This document shows, piece by piece, positions 7,621 to 17,997 of a DNA stretch of 64,000 nucleotides. The notes beneath the pieces were generated by a model that did no database searches, was not told the DNA's origin, and was given only the letters and a program-made list of their open reading frames with translations. The position numbers and the translations under genes were made by a program. Every line of letters starts with the position of its first letter. Positions within the stretch are counted from its first letter, which is position 1. The stretch comes from an uncultured candidatus Porisulfidus sp. (GTDB lineage: Bacteria > Pseudomonadota > Gammaproteobacteria > Poriferisulfidales > Oxydemutatoraceae), in NCBI GenBank assembly GCA_965215125.1, contig OZ244052.1, forward strand, positions 64,001 through 128,000, read 5' to 3'.

Positions 7621-9242
7621 GCAACCGAAAGCGTAGGCACGGCTGCCAACAATTCTTGGGTGTAGGCATGCTTCGGTTTTGATAAAATTTCCAAGGTATC
7701 GCCGTATTCTATAAATTTCCCCTTATAAATAACGGCAATTTCGTGCGCCAAATAGGCAACGATAGAGATATCGTGGGTAATGAACAGGTAGCCTAGATTG
7801 AGTTGTATTTGTAGTTCTTGTAATAAATTGAGTATTTGCGCCTGCACCAGCACATCCAGCGCACTGGTGGGTTCGTCCCATATAATGAAGTCGGGCTTGG
7901 CGGCAAGTGATCTAGCGATGCAGATACGTTGGCGTTGACCGCCCGACAGCTGATGCGGGTAGCGTCTTAGATAATCATCGCTTAAACCGACTTGCTCCAG
8001 CAATCTATTCAGTTCGGCATTCAAGTCATCGCACCCTTTACATAGTAGTGCTTCGCTTAGAATCTGTGCAACGGACATCTTAGGGTTCAGCGAAAAAAAC
8101 GGATCTTGGAATACGATCTGCGTCTGTGCTTTGATATCGTCCACCGGCTCGGGGTCTCCACTCTCGGCGGCTATATGGATTTTTCCACGGCTGGGTCTAT
8201 TCAAAGCCAGCAAGGCTCTGGCAATGGTGGTTTTACCGCTCCCCGACTCACCGACTAATGCCAGTGTTTTCCCGCGGCGTAGCGTAAACGAGACACCGTC
8301 TACGGCTTTTACGGTATGTTTTATTTGCCTCAATAATCCGCTGCGCAATTGGAAATGGACGGCTAAATCGTCAACCTCTACCCTGCCCTCCGAAGTTTTA
8401 GTATTGCTATCAAATTTTTGTAGTTGCCCTTCGGGGTTTAACAGATAGCCACGCTTGGATTGGTCGGGTAGCATTTGATAAAGACTGCGGGTATATTCGT
8501 GGCGCGCTTGCTTGAAAAATATATCGGCATTCGCTTCTTCCAATATCTTGCCGTGTCGCATCACTGCGATACGCTCGGCAACATTAGCAACCACCGACAA
8601 ATCGTGAGAGATAAACAGCATTGCCATACCGCGGCGTTTTTGTATATCGCACAACAGTTCGAGCACTTGTGCTTGTATCGTAACATCCAATGCGGTGGTC
8701 GGTTCGTCGGCAATCAATAAAGCGGGGTTTGCAACCAGTGCCATCGCAATCATCGCCCGTTGTTTCATGCCGCCCGACAACTGATGCGGGTACGATTGGA
8801 ACACGCGCTCGGGATCCGGCAGTCCTACATCTTCAAACAACTTTAACGCACTCCGATGCGCCGTAGCCCCCTTCTGCTTGCGATGCAGTGCCAGTGGTTC
8901 TAAAATCTGTTTGCCTATTTTCATTACCGGATTGAAAGAGGTCATCGGCTCTTGGAAGATCATCGCCAGTTTGGCGGCGCGATAAAAGCGCATTTGGTAT
9001 GCCGGCAGTTTGAGTAAGTCGGTGCCGTTCAGTTCTACGGAACCCGAACTGATTTGCAAATTGGATGACAGCAAACGAAGCAGAGCCAATGCGGTCAAAG
9101 ATTTACCCGACCCCGACTCTCCCAACAATGCAAAGCTCTGCCCTTCGGCTATATCAAAGCTGATATGATCAACCAGCACACCGCCTTGTGCAGGATCTAG
9201 GGTCTTTATCGTTAAATCGCGAACACGCAACAAAGGTTTCAT
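7617..9242 (-). CDS. Peptide ABC transporter, fused double ATP-binding subunit
   Basis: Two GESGSGK Walker A motifs, two YPHQLSGG, DEPT. Confidence 0.95.
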   Translation of the reverse strand: MKPLLRVRDLTIKTLDPAQGGVLVDHISFDIAEGQSFALLGESGSGKSLTALALLRLLSSNLQISSGSVELNGTDLLKLPAYQMRFYRAAKLAMIFQEPMTSFNPVMKIGKQILEPLALHRKQKGATAHRSALKLFEDVGLPDPERVFQSYPHQLSGGMKQRAMIAMALVANPALLIADEPTTALDVTIQAQVLELLCDIQKRRGMAMLFISHDLSVVANVAERIAVMRHGKILEEANADIFFKQARHEYTRSLYQMLPDQSKRGYLLNPEGQLQKFDSNTKTSEGRVEVDDLAVHFQLRSGLLRQIKHTVKAVDGVSFTLRRGKTLALVGESGSGKTTIARALLALNRPSRGKIHIAAESGDPEPVDDIKAQTQIVFQDPFFSLNPKMSVAQILSEALLCKGCDDLNAELNRLLEQVGLSDDYLRRYPHQLSGGQRQRICIARSLAAKPDFIIWDEPTSALDVLVQAQILNLLQELQIQLNLGYLFITHDISIVAYLAHEIAVIYKGKFIEYGDTLEILSKPKHAYTQELLAAVPTLSVA

Positions 9243-10702
9243 TTGGCGGTCTCCGCAGAACGAGGATCAAAAGCATCTCTAACGCCGTCGGCAAAAAGAT
9301 TTGCGCACAATACCAGCCCGAATAAAAAGAGCATTGCGGCGAGCAACGGCCACCAGACTATCGGTTCGCGTGCCATCTCCAAACGCGCGCTGTTGATCAT
9401 ATTGCCCCAGCTATTCATCGTCGGGTCTACACCGATGTTGATATACGACAGCACCGTTTCGGCCAGCACCAAGCCGCTAAAATCCAACGCGATAGTGATA
9501 AACACGATGTGCATCACATTCGGCAAAATATGGCGCAGTAGCAACTGCCAATGCGGAATACCCAGCACTTGCGCAGCTTCTATATAATTCATCTCTTTAA
9601 TCTTCAGCGTCTCGGCGCGTAGCAAGCGGCATAAGCCGGTCCAGCTGGTGATGCCGAGGATGCCGCACAGAAACAGCAATCTCAAATCGGAACGTTCGGT
9701 GAGATTATTAAACTGGTCGGGGTTTTGATCCATATAAACATGGAGCATCAGAATTGCGGCAGCAACCAAAAGCACACCCGGCACCGAGTTCAGCGTTGTG
9801 TACAGATATTGAATGACATCGTCTATTCTACCCAGAAAATAGCCGGCGCAAACTCCCAACACCAATGCGAAGGGTAGCATTATCAGCGTTGTCAGCGTGC
9901 CGATTAAAAATCCGGTGCGTATGCTTTTGATCGCTTGATACAACACATCCGAGCCGATCTTATCGGTGCCTAGCACATAATAATAGTGACTCATATAGGC
10001 AACCGTAAAAATTATCACAACGAGTAGCATCAGGGTTATCATCACCGCTCGCCACGGCAACTCGTGATGATCGTGTATCAACATCGGCACAACCCGCTCT
10101 ATGGGCTTGGCACTATGCTTGGCATAGAAAAAGCAAATCAGTAAGTAAATGAAAAGGAAGCATAGCAATCCGAAAAATATCCCTTTGAAGATGCGCACAC
10201 CGATATCAAAAGCCTTTTGCTGTTCCATAGTCTGCAAACGTTTATGTATCCATGCGTGGAGCGGTTGTAGCTGTTCGAGATCATCCAAGTGTGCACCGCC
10301 GTATTGGAGGCGCGGGTAATGCTGTTGAGTCGCTCCGTCGGCAATATAAAATTCTTTGACATACGCATGCGTTGCGAAAGGTGCCGAATAGCTTTTCTCG
10401 GTGCGCTCGCGCAGCGGTAGTAAGATCTGATCTAAAACACTGACGATCTCGTTTGAATAGATAACCTCGTTGTTCGCACCTCGCTGATCCAACGCTTTAT
10501 GAAAGTGCAGCGAGTCCAAAAATGCAACCATGAAGTAGAACATCAGAAACACCGCAGAAATCATTGCGGTTTTGTTGCGCGCAAGTTTTCTCCAAATCGC
10601 TCGCAGATGGGTGCGCGTGCGCGCATAATAAAAATATACGATGAATAATGCGATCAATACGAAAAAGAACCCATCGCTCAGCAAAATAACCGGCTTGATC
10701 AT
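9239..10702 (-). CDS. Peptide ABC transporter permease (DppC/OppC-like)
   Basis: LGTDKIGSD, YIEAA...HILPN, hydrophobic helices. Confidence 0.92.
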   Translation of the reverse strand: MIKPVILLSDGFFFVLIALFIVYFYYARTRTHLRAIWRKLARNKTAMISAVFLMFYFMVAFLDSLHFHKALDQRGANNEVIYSNEIVSVLDQILLPLRERTEKSYSAPFATHAYVKEFYIADGATQQHYPRLQYGGAHLDDLEQLQPLHAWIHKRLQTMEQQKAFDIGVRIFKGIFFGLLCFLFIYLLICFFYAKHSAKPIERVVPMLIHDHHELPWRAVMITLMLLVVIIFTVAYMSHYYYVLGTDKIGSDVLYQAIKSIRTGFLIGTLTTLIMLPFALVLGVCAGYFLGRIDDVIQYLYTTLNSVPGVLLVAAAILMLHVYMDQNPDQFNNLTERSDLRLLFLCGILGITSWTGLCRLLRAETLKIKEMNYIEAAQVLGIPHWQLLLRHILPNVMHIVFITIALDFSGLVLAETVLSYINIGVDPTMNSWGNMINSARLEMAREPIVWWPLLAAMLFLFGLVLCANLFADGVRDAFDPRSAETAK

Positions 10703-11676
10703 TCTAAACGCACCCTAGGGTCAACCAGTGTATAGGAAATATCGGTGAGTAGTAAGCCGATGATGTATAGGAACGACCCCAAAAAGACCATTGCCCTGAC
10801 GATCGCAAAATCCTCTCGGGCAATCGCATCTATCGTATAGCTGCCTAGACCCGGGATGCCGAAAAAGGATTCTATAATCAAGCTCCCCAAAAACAACAAA
10901 GGCAAGATGACGACGATACCGGTGAGTATCGGGATCATCGCATTCGGCAACACATGATTGAACAAGATATAAAAATCGTTCAGTCCTTTGGCTCTTGCGG
11001 TAGTAACATAATCTTTGGAGATTTCTTCGAGGAATATCGTACGGTACCAGCGACTGCCTGCCCCGATACCGCTAACAACGCCGATCAACACCGGCAGTAT
11101 TACGAATTTGATTGCATCGACGCCGGTATCGTATCCCGATATAGGCACCAGATTGAGTAGCTTGGCAAACAGATATTGTCCGCCGATGATATAAAAAAGT
11201 GCCGAGATGGACATCAAGACGACGCACAATACGACCGAACCGAAATCAACATATGTTGCCCTGAAAAATACCATGAACAATGCAAAGCTGATATTGACCA
11301 GCAAACCGATCAACAAAGTCGGTACGGCAATCGCCAAGCTCGGCCACATGCGTTGCTTGATATCGTGGCCGATGTTGCGCCCGCTGTCCGAAGGACCGAA
11401 ATCAAATGCGAACAGACGTACCGATTTTGCGTAAAAGATAGTATCGGTTAGTGCACCCAGGCCTCGTTGTTCGCCGTTATATAACAAAGGTTTATCGTAG
11501 CCTCGCTCGCTTTTCCAAAAATCTATCTGCTCTTGTGTGACATAGCGTTCACCCAAGTGCATGCGGGCGATATCGTCGGGTGTATTAACGACGAAAAATA
11601 ACGCGAAGGTTAGCAAGTTCACTCCTATCAAAATAGGTATTGCATAAACGATACGACGAAACAGATAGTTAATCAT
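10699..11676 (-). CDS. Peptide ABC transporter permease (DppB/OppB-like)
   Basis: DYVTTARAKGL, IESFFGIPGLG. Confidence 0.95.
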   Translation of the reverse strand: MINYLFRRIVYAIPILIGVNLLTFALFFVVNTPDDIARMHLGERYVTQEQIDFWKSERGYDKPLLYNGEQRGLGALTDTIFYAKSVRLFAFDFGPSDSGRNIGHDIKQRMWPSLAIAVPTLLIGLLVNISFALFMVFFRATYVDFGSVVLCVVLMSISALFYIIGGQYLFAKLLNLVPISGYDTGVDAIKFVILPVLIGVVSGIGAGSRWYRTIFLEEISKDYVTTARAKGLNDFYILFNHVLPNAMIPILTGIVVILPLLFLGSLIIESFFGIPGLGSYTIDAIAREDFAIVRAMVFLGSFLYIIGLLLTDISYTLVDPRVRLE

Positions 11677-13856
11677 AACGCAACCGCTCGTTGTCGTTTT
11701 TTATAGATATAGACGGCAGGCAAAACAGCAATAAATAGCACCAACAAGAAAATTAAAATCGGTTCGAGTTCCGGTTGATTCCATTGTACTTGGTTTTGTG
11801 CACGCAGCTCGCTATTGATGTTGAAGTATTTTAATCTATTATGCGCCAACTGATTCGGTTTTACATTGCCCAACCAATCGTGGTAGAGTGCGAAAGACTT
11901 GGGATGGATGCCCCAAATCCACGGCGCATCGTAGCGTAGGAGCTCCAGCATTTCGTCTATCAACGCTTGTCTCTCGGCACCGTTCGGCAAACTGCGCATC
12001 CGCTCGAACATCTCGTCGAAACGCGGGTTTTGATAGTTGGAATAGTTTGCGCCTTGGTTGGAAACTTTCCCGTTGGGGCCGTAAAACAAAAAGAAAAAAT
12101 TCTCCGGGTCGGGATAATCGGCATTCCATCCCAAGCGAAACACCTGTGTGGTGCCTTTGTTCAGCTTGTCTTGAAAACGATTATAGTCGGTGTTGCGTAT
12201 CACCAACTGCACGCCTAGATTATCGAATTGCTTGCGCGTCCAATTTAGAAATGCTTTGGCGTCGGGTCCGGTTCCGACCGTATCGAAATTTATCACCAAC
12301 GGTTTTTGAGTTTGTTGATCTATGCCGTCTTTGTAACCGGCTTCCGCCAATAAACGCTTGGCTTCGGATATGGGTTTGCGCCGAGCTTGCCCGTCTACCC
12401 AATCGTAGACATAAGGGTTGATGCCTTCGGCACCCGATACATTGCCGAACATGCCGGGCGGTAGCGGACCTTGCGCCGATAAGCCACGCCCGTTTAGAAA
12501 AATAGAAATATACTCTTCCATATTGATGGCAATAGAGAGTGCTTGCCGCAACTTTCTAGCTCGCTCGTCGCTACCACCGACAATCGGATCCAGCATATTG
12601 AACCCCGTATAATAAGTAGATAGCTGGTAGGAAACCGACAATCGGATACCCTTGTCAATCATAAAATCGGTCAAATCCAGTTCGCCCTGCTTGCCTATTT
12701 GTATCGCTTGATCGAAGCTATCGGTGCTGATGCCCGAACTATCGTAATAGCCTTGTAAAAATTTATTCCAATAGGGAATACTCTCTTTCTCCAAGCTGTA
12801 GACGACTTTATCGATAAACGGCAGTTGTTTATTTGCGTCAACCAAAAGCCCTTGTTCCCGGTCTCCGATATCGCCTTCGGCAGGATAATAGTCGGCTCTA
12901 AAATTAGGGTTGCGTACCAGAGTCATCCGCAAGTTGGGGTTATTCTCGGTCATCATAAAAGCCCCCGTACCGATAGGAAACCAATCCAGCGTGATATTGC
13001 GTTCTTTGAGTGCCGGCTGATGATAAAAACGATCGGCTTCCCACGGCATCGCCGCAAAAAACGGCATCGCAAGCCAATAGATAAATTGCGGATAATCCTT
13101 GCTCACCGTTATCCTATACCGATAATCGTCGATGAGTTCTACGCCTGCCATTTGCTCGTTGCGCAAATCCAACCACGCCTCACGCGCAAGGTCTTCGCGC
13201 AAGCTCGCAATGCGCGCTCTGAACTCCGGAAAGCCGACGATGTATTGTGCCAGAATACTTGCAATCGGAGAATACCGCGCCGGGTCTGCCAGGCGTTTGA
13301 TCTGATAAACATAGTCGGCGGCTTTTAATTCACGCGTCGCTTGTTCGTTAAAGTCCGCCAAGCGTTCTATCTCGGTCAACTGTTCGTCGGACATCACATG
13401 ATATAAATAATCGTCGCCGGAAGCTACAAACGCCGGATGCGGCTGGAATAAAATACCCGGATTTATTTCTATATCGTAGACGATATATGTTGCGTTCTCC
13501 TCATCGGTGCGATACCCCTCTGCGTCTACATAAGATAGGGTCGGCATCCGGTTGGCGGTTAGCGGGATGAGTTGATAGGGTCGCTTTAGATAATGGTATT
13601 GCAACACCGGTTCGTATATCTGTCCTAGAATTGCGTATTCGTTGCTACTGTATGCACGCACCGGATCTAAATGCTTCGGACGTTCGGTGAAACTGGAATA
13701 ATAGGTATTGTCGGTCGAATCTCCGTACGGGTTATTCCACACCGCATCACTACACGCCGATAGTAGTAGCAATATCATCGGGTAAAAACACCATTGTTTA
13801 CCTCGTAGTCGCTGTGCAAAAATCACTCTATACTTTGCTATGTCTTTGTGTTTCAT
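11673..13856 (-). CDS. Peptide ABC transporter substrate-binding lipoprotein (family 5) with C-terminal TM helix
   Basis: LLLSAC lipobox, LDP, PIGTGAF, GWNADYPDPENF; true start may be further downstream. Confidence 0.92.
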   Translation of the reverse strand: MKHKDIAKYRVIFAQRLRGKQWCFYPMILLLLSACSDAVWNNPYGDSTDNTYYSSFTERPKHLDPVRAYSSNEYAILGQIYEPVLQYHYLKRPYQLIPLTANRMPTLSYVDAEGYRTDEENATYIVYDIEINPGILFQPHPAFVASGDDYLYHVMSDEQLTEIERLADFNEQATRELKAADYVYQIKRLADPARYSPIASILAQYIVGFPEFRARIASLREDLAREAWLDLRNEQMAGVELIDDYRYRITVSKDYPQFIYWLAMPFFAAMPWEADRFYHQPALKERNITLDWFPIGTGAFMMTENNPNLRMTLVRNPNFRADYYPAEGDIGDREQGLLVDANKQLPFIDKVVYSLEKESIPYWNKFLQGYYDSSGISTDSFDQAIQIGKQGELDLTDFMIDKGIRLSVSYQLSTYYTGFNMLDPIVGGSDERARKLRQALSIAINMEEYISIFLNGRGLSAQGPLPPGMFGNVSGAEGINPYVYDWVDGQARRKPISEAKRLLAEAGYKDGIDQQTQKPLVINFDTVGTGPDAKAFLNWTRKQFDNLGVQLVIRNTDYNRFQDKLNKGTTQVFRLGWNADYPDPENFFFLFYGPNGKVSNQGANYSNYQNPRFDEMFERMRSLPNGAERQALIDEMLELLRYDAPWIWGIHPKSFALYHDWLGNVKPNQLAHNRLKYFNINSELRAQNQVQWNQPELEPILIFLLVLFIAVLPAVYIYKKRQRAVAL

Positions 13857-13913
13857 TTTCCCGATTAAAAGTCAATACCGACGGCTGCGTGAATATCTTC
13901 AGATAATTCTATT

Positions 13914-13950
13914 TTTACATATTCCTGTCATATTTTCGCGTCATTATAGT
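13914..13950 (+). promoter_or_regulatory. Possible pho box plus -10 upstream of pstS
   Basis: 11-bp spaced units TTTACATATTC / CTGTCATATTT then TATAGT. Confidence 0.4.
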
Positions 13951-14004
13951 GGCATTGCAGGATTATCCCTAGCAATAATTTAATTAACTATTCAGGAGTA
14001 TAGA

Positions 14005-15051
14005 ATGAAAAAATTTCAATCTTACCTTGCCCTCGCTGGATTTTTCGTTCTGAGTATCGGCATCGCCGATGCAAGAGATCAAATCTCCATCGTCGGTTCT
14101 TCAACGGTATATCCATTCGCAACCGTAGTTGCCGAACATTTCGGCCAAACTTCTAGTTTCAAAACCCCAAAAATAGAATCAACCGGTTCGGGCGGTGGTT
14201 TGAAACTTTTTTGCGCAGGACTCGGGGTGCAAACACCGGATATCACCAACGCATCTCGCCGAATTAAACAAAGCGAGATTGATAGTTGCCGTGAAAACGG
14301 TGTCGACCAAATTATAGAGGTTAAAGTAGGCTACGACGGCATCGTGTTGGCTAATTCTAAAAAAGCCGATATGATGAAAGTCGAGCTTAAGGATATCTAC
14401 TTGGCACTCGCCAAAGACATTCCCAACCCGGACGGTTCGGAATCGTTCGTACCCAACCCGCATAAAATGTGGAGTGATGTCAATGCCGACCTACCCGAAA
14501 CCAAGATTATGGTGCTAGGTCCTCCGCCTACTTCGGGTACCCGTGATGCCTTCGTAGAACTCGGAATGGAAGGGGGTTGCAAAAATTACGAGTGGATCAA
14601 AGCAATGAAGTCTGTCGATAAAACTGTATACAAAGCACGTTGCCATAGTATTCGTGAAGATGGTGCCTATATAGAAACCGGTGAAAACGATAACCTCATC
14701 GTGCAGAAGCTCAGCGTCAATCCCGATGCTTTCGGAATCTTCGGGTTTAGTTTTCTTGAGCAGAATATGGATCTCGTCCAAGGTGCGTTGATCGGCGATG
14801 TGTCCCCGGTATTCGAGACCATCTCCGACGGTAGCTATCCCATATCCAGAGCCTTATACTTCTATGTAAAAAAACAGCATGTAGGCGTTATCCCGGGCCT
14901 TGCCGAATACGCTAAAGCGTTTATCAATCCCGAAGCAACCGGCCAAGAAGGCTATCTGATAGAAAGAGGCTTAATACCAATGGGGCCGGCCGAACACGAA
15001 TCCGTTATGGATGCGGTGAACAATCTAGAAATTCTCTCGGCAACCTTATAG
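14005..15051 (+). CDS. pstS: PstS family phosphate-binding protein
   Basis: IVGSSTVYPF, ESTGSGGG, SGTRDAF, YPISRALYFY; signal peptide; AGGAG RBS. Confidence 0.9.
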   Translation: MKKFQSYLALAGFFVLSIGIADARDQISIVGSSTVYPFATVVAEHFGQTSSFKTPKIESTGSGGGLKLFCAGLGVQTPDITNASRRIKQSEIDSCRENGVDQIIEVKVGYDGIVLANSKKADMMKVELKDIYLALAKDIPNPDGSESFVPNPHKMWSDVNADLPETKIMVLGPPPTSGTRDAFVELGMEGGCKNYEWIKAMKSVDKTVYKARCHSIREDGAYIETGENDNLIVQKLSVNPDAFGIFGFSFLEQNMDLVQGALIGDVSPVFETISDGSYPISRALYFYVKKQHVGVIPGLAEYAKAFINPEATGQEGYLIERGLIPMGPAEHESVMDAVNNLEILSATL

Positions 15052-15067
15052 CACAACAATCAATTCC

Positions 15068-15095
15068 GTCGCTTGCTCTATATAGGGCAAGCGAC
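15068..15095 (+). terminator. Hairpin after pstS, probable intrinsic terminator
   Basis: GTCGCTTGCTC-tata-AGGGCAAGCGAC inverted repeat. Confidence 0.55.
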
Positions 15096-15125
15096 ACACT
15101 TTCTTATCATCCCAATTTTATGCTA

Positions 15126-15178
15126 AGGTTCTGTACGACTTCATGCCGATTGGCCTACCGGCTCAATCGGTGGTTCTA
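15126..15178. repeat. Hairpin element B copy overlapping the FAA hydrolase stop codon
   Basis: AGGTTCTGTAC...GCCGATTGGCCTACCGGCTCAATCGGTGGTTCTA similar to 1931-1985. Confidence 0.7.
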
Positions 15179-15945
15179 CTGGTTAAACAGCCGATACCTG
15201 CAATTTCAACTTCGACAGTGCAATCTACCGGCATCGGACCCAATCCGATTGAAGTGCCGCAACAGATAATATCCCCCGGATATAGCGTCATATTGCGAGA
15301 GAGCGCGGTGACGACCTCGGGTGGATTGAAAATCATATCTTTTGCCGGGTAATGCTGGACTTCGGCACCGTTCACACGGGTTATGATTTCAAGGTCTCGC
15401 CAATCCAGTTGGGTTGCAATCGCAGGACCGAATACACCGAAGCCGTCAAAACCTTTTGCGCGGCTCCATTGATCAAAGCCTGCGTACTCTTTTAATAACC
15501 CGAAAGCGGTCACATCGTTGATGCAAGTATAACCGAATATCGCATCGTTGCCGGCTTTAGGATTTTCAAGATTACAGGCAACTTTGCCGACAACGATACC
15601 GAGTTCACCCTCATAAAAAACCTCGCCTTCGTAAAACTTGGGATATCTAATAACCGCTTCGGGTCCGGCATAAGTATTCGCAGGCTTGAATAAATACAAA
15701 GGTGTCTTGGGATAAGGTAATTTATTTTTATCGGCAAGAGCCGCATAATTATTCCACAATGCTATCATTTTGCTCGGTGTGCACGGGGTTAATAATGTAA
15801 CTTTATCCAAACGCACGGTTTGATCGGTGAGCGGCGGAGTGTTAAAAGGATGGTCATCCTCGGTATCACAAAGTCTAATTTCCTGCCCTTCCAAGCAACC
15901 TATTTTTATTCTATTTCGGTGTTCAAACCGTACCCACAAACTCAT
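15163..15945 (-). CDS. Fumarylacetoacetate hydrolase family protein
   Basis: YEGELG.V, GYTCINDVT, RAKGFD, LYPGDII..GT. Confidence 0.93.
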   Translation of the reverse strand: MSLWVRFEHRNRIKIGCLEGQEIRLCDTEDDHPFNTPPLTDQTVRLDKVTLLTPCTPSKMIALWNNYAALADKNKLPYPKTPLYLFKPANTYAGPEAVIRYPKFYEGEVFYEGELGIVVGKVACNLENPKAGNDAIFGYTCINDVTAFGLLKEYAGFDQWSRAKGFDGFGVFGPAIATQLDWRDLEIITRVNGAEVQHYPAKDMIFNPPEVVTALSRNMTLYPGDIICCGTSIGLGPMPVDCTVEVEIAGIGCLTSRTTD

Positions 15946-15961
15946 TTCGCATCCTTAAATA

Positions 15962-16960
15962 TCAGGTATTTTCAAGTAATTCTTTGTCGAATAATTCCAG
16001 TTGTTCGTCCAGCCATTCTACGAGTTTATTTTTTTCTATTCTATTCGCTTCTACGCTCAATAAATGTCGCCATTTTTTGGCGTGTCTGTGTCCCTTAAAT
16101 AAATTCTGCACGGCTTGTAACAATTTTTTATTGAATGTGTTTTTGCCGATTTGATATTCTATATAAAGCAACATCATTCTAGCAATATCTATCGGGGATT
16201 TATAATCCATATAACGATTATAAAACAATGCGTCGACCTCGTGCAGAATGAAAGGACTTTTCTGTACCGCCCGGCCCAGCATCACTCCGTCTACGAGGTC
16301 CAATTCTCGGTACGCAGTAGCTATATCCTGTATGCCACCGTTCAAGATAATCTCCAAGTCGGGACGCGCTTGCTTGAGTCTATAGACATACTCGTATTCG
16401 AGCGGCGGTATTTCTCTATTTTGTTTAGGAGATAATTTGCCTAGCAGTGCCTTGCGGGCATGGACGATGAATGTGTTGCAGCCGGCATCGGCAATACATT
16501 CTATAAAACGATAAAACCGTTCGTAGCCGTCGTAATCGTCAACACCGATTCTACACTTCACACTGACGGGTAAATCACTCGCTTGCGACATTAAGTCGAC
16601 ACAATCTGCGATGCGTTGTGGTGTCTTCATCAAGCAGGCTCCGAATTGCGCCTTACCTACTCTAGGGCTGGGGCATCCTGCATTGATGTTAATCTCGTCA
16701 TAACCGTATTGTTCGGCATATTCGGCGCAACGCGCCATATCTTCGGCACAACTCCCTCCGACCTGCAATGCCAAAGGATGTTCCCGATCGGAAAAACCCA
16801 ATAAACGACCACGATCACCGTTCAGTATTGCATGACTGCTCAGCATTTCCGTATACAGCATCGCATGACGGCTAATCAATCGTAATAAATAGCGAAAGTG
16901 ACGGTCGGTGTAAGCCATCATCGGTGCTACACAAAAACGTCTATGTACACTTAAATTCAT
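15962..16960 (-). CDS. dusA: tRNA dihydrouridine(20/20a) synthase
   Basis: VAPMM..TDRHFR, EININAGCPS, FGACLM, LSPKQNREIPPL. Confidence 0.93.
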   Translation of the reverse strand: MNLSVHRRFCVAPMMAYTDRHFRYLLRLISRHAMLYTEMLSSHAILNGDRGRLLGFSDREHPLALQVGGSCAEDMARCAEYAEQYGYDEININAGCPSPRVGKAQFGACLMKTPQRIADCVDLMSQASDLPVSVKCRIGVDDYDGYERFYRFIECIADAGCNTFIVHARKALLGKLSPKQNREIPPLEYEYVYRLKQARPDLEIILNGGIQDIATAYRELDLVDGVMLGRAVQKSPFILHEVDALFYNRYMDYKSPIDIARMMLLYIEYQIGKNTFNKKLLQAVQNLFKGHRHAKKWRHLLSVEANRIEKNKLVEWLDEQLELFDKELLENT

Positions 16961-17031
16961 CGGCTTATTATATGCAATGTTTTGCGATTAAACAAAAGCG
17001 TATCGGCATTGTATATCGTACAATAGACACT

Positions 17032-17997
17032 ATGGAACCCGCTCTTCGTATCTCAAATTTGGACAAAACCTATCCGAACGGACAAATAGCTCTACATAAA
17101 GTTGATCTGGTCGTAGAACACGGTGATTTTTTCGCCCTTCTAGGGCCTAACGGTGCAGGCAAATCTACAACCCTCGGCATCATCACTTCACTGATCAAAA
17201 AAACTGCAGGTGAAGTACATATATACGGACTCAACATAGATACACATTTCAATAAAGCCAAAAAGTACATCGGGCTGGTGCCACAAGAGTTCAGCTTTAA
17301 TCAATTCGAGCCGGTGATTGAAATTTTAGTTAACCAAGCGGGTTATTACGGCGTGCCACCTCGTAAAGCGCATAGCCGTGCAGGAGAGTACCTTAAAAAC
17401 CTAGGTTTATGGGAAAAGCGTTATCAGGAAGCACGCAATCTCTCGGGAGGGATGAAACGACGTTTGATGATTGCTCGCGCAATGCTACATCAGCCTCAAC
17501 TATTGATTTTGGACGAACCGACCGCCGGTGTCGATATAGAGATAAGACGGATGATATGGCACTTTCTGAGCGAACTCAACGAACAGGGTACGACGATCAT
17601 ACTCACCACGCATTACTTGGAGGAAGCCGAGAAATTATGCCGCAATATCGCCATCATAGATCAAGGAAAAATCATTGCAAACACAACGATGCGCAATTTA
17701 CTCAATAGCTCGGACTCCGAATCGTTCACCCTTTATCTAACCGAACCTATCACTGCAGATAATATGCCGACCATAGATTCGGTGACTTTAAAGCAGATTG
17801 ATGCGTATACCTTAGAGGTGATTACCGGCTCCAATACCGATTTGGCGCGAGTATTTACCGAGCTGTCGCGTCACAACATTCGCTTATTGAGTCTACGCAA
17901 CACCTCCAATCGCTTGGAAGAGTTATTCTTAAAATTAGTATCCGAGCACGATACTTTACCGTTGAACAACTCCGATATAGAAAGGCGCGTGCAATGA
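17032..17997 (+). CDS. ABC transporter ATP-binding protein (YadG-like)
   Basis: GPNGAGKST, LSGGMKRR, LDEPTAGVD; start moved to ATG 17032. Confidence 0.92.
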   Translation: MEPALRISNLDKTYPNGQIALHKVDLVVEHGDFFALLGPNGAGKSTTLGIITSLIKKTAGEVHIYGLNIDTHFNKAKKYIGLVPQEFSFNQFEPVIEILVNQAGYYGVPPRKAHSRAGEYLKNLGLWEKRYQEARNLSGGMKRRLMIARAMLHQPQLLILDEPTAGVDIEIRRMIWHFLSELNEQGTTIILTTHYLEEAEKLCRNIAIIDQGKIIANTTMRNLLNSSDSESFTLYLTEPITADNMPTIDSVTLKQIDAYTLEVITGSNTDLARVFTELSRHNIRLLSLRNTSNRLEELFLKLVSEHDTLPLNNSDIERRVQ

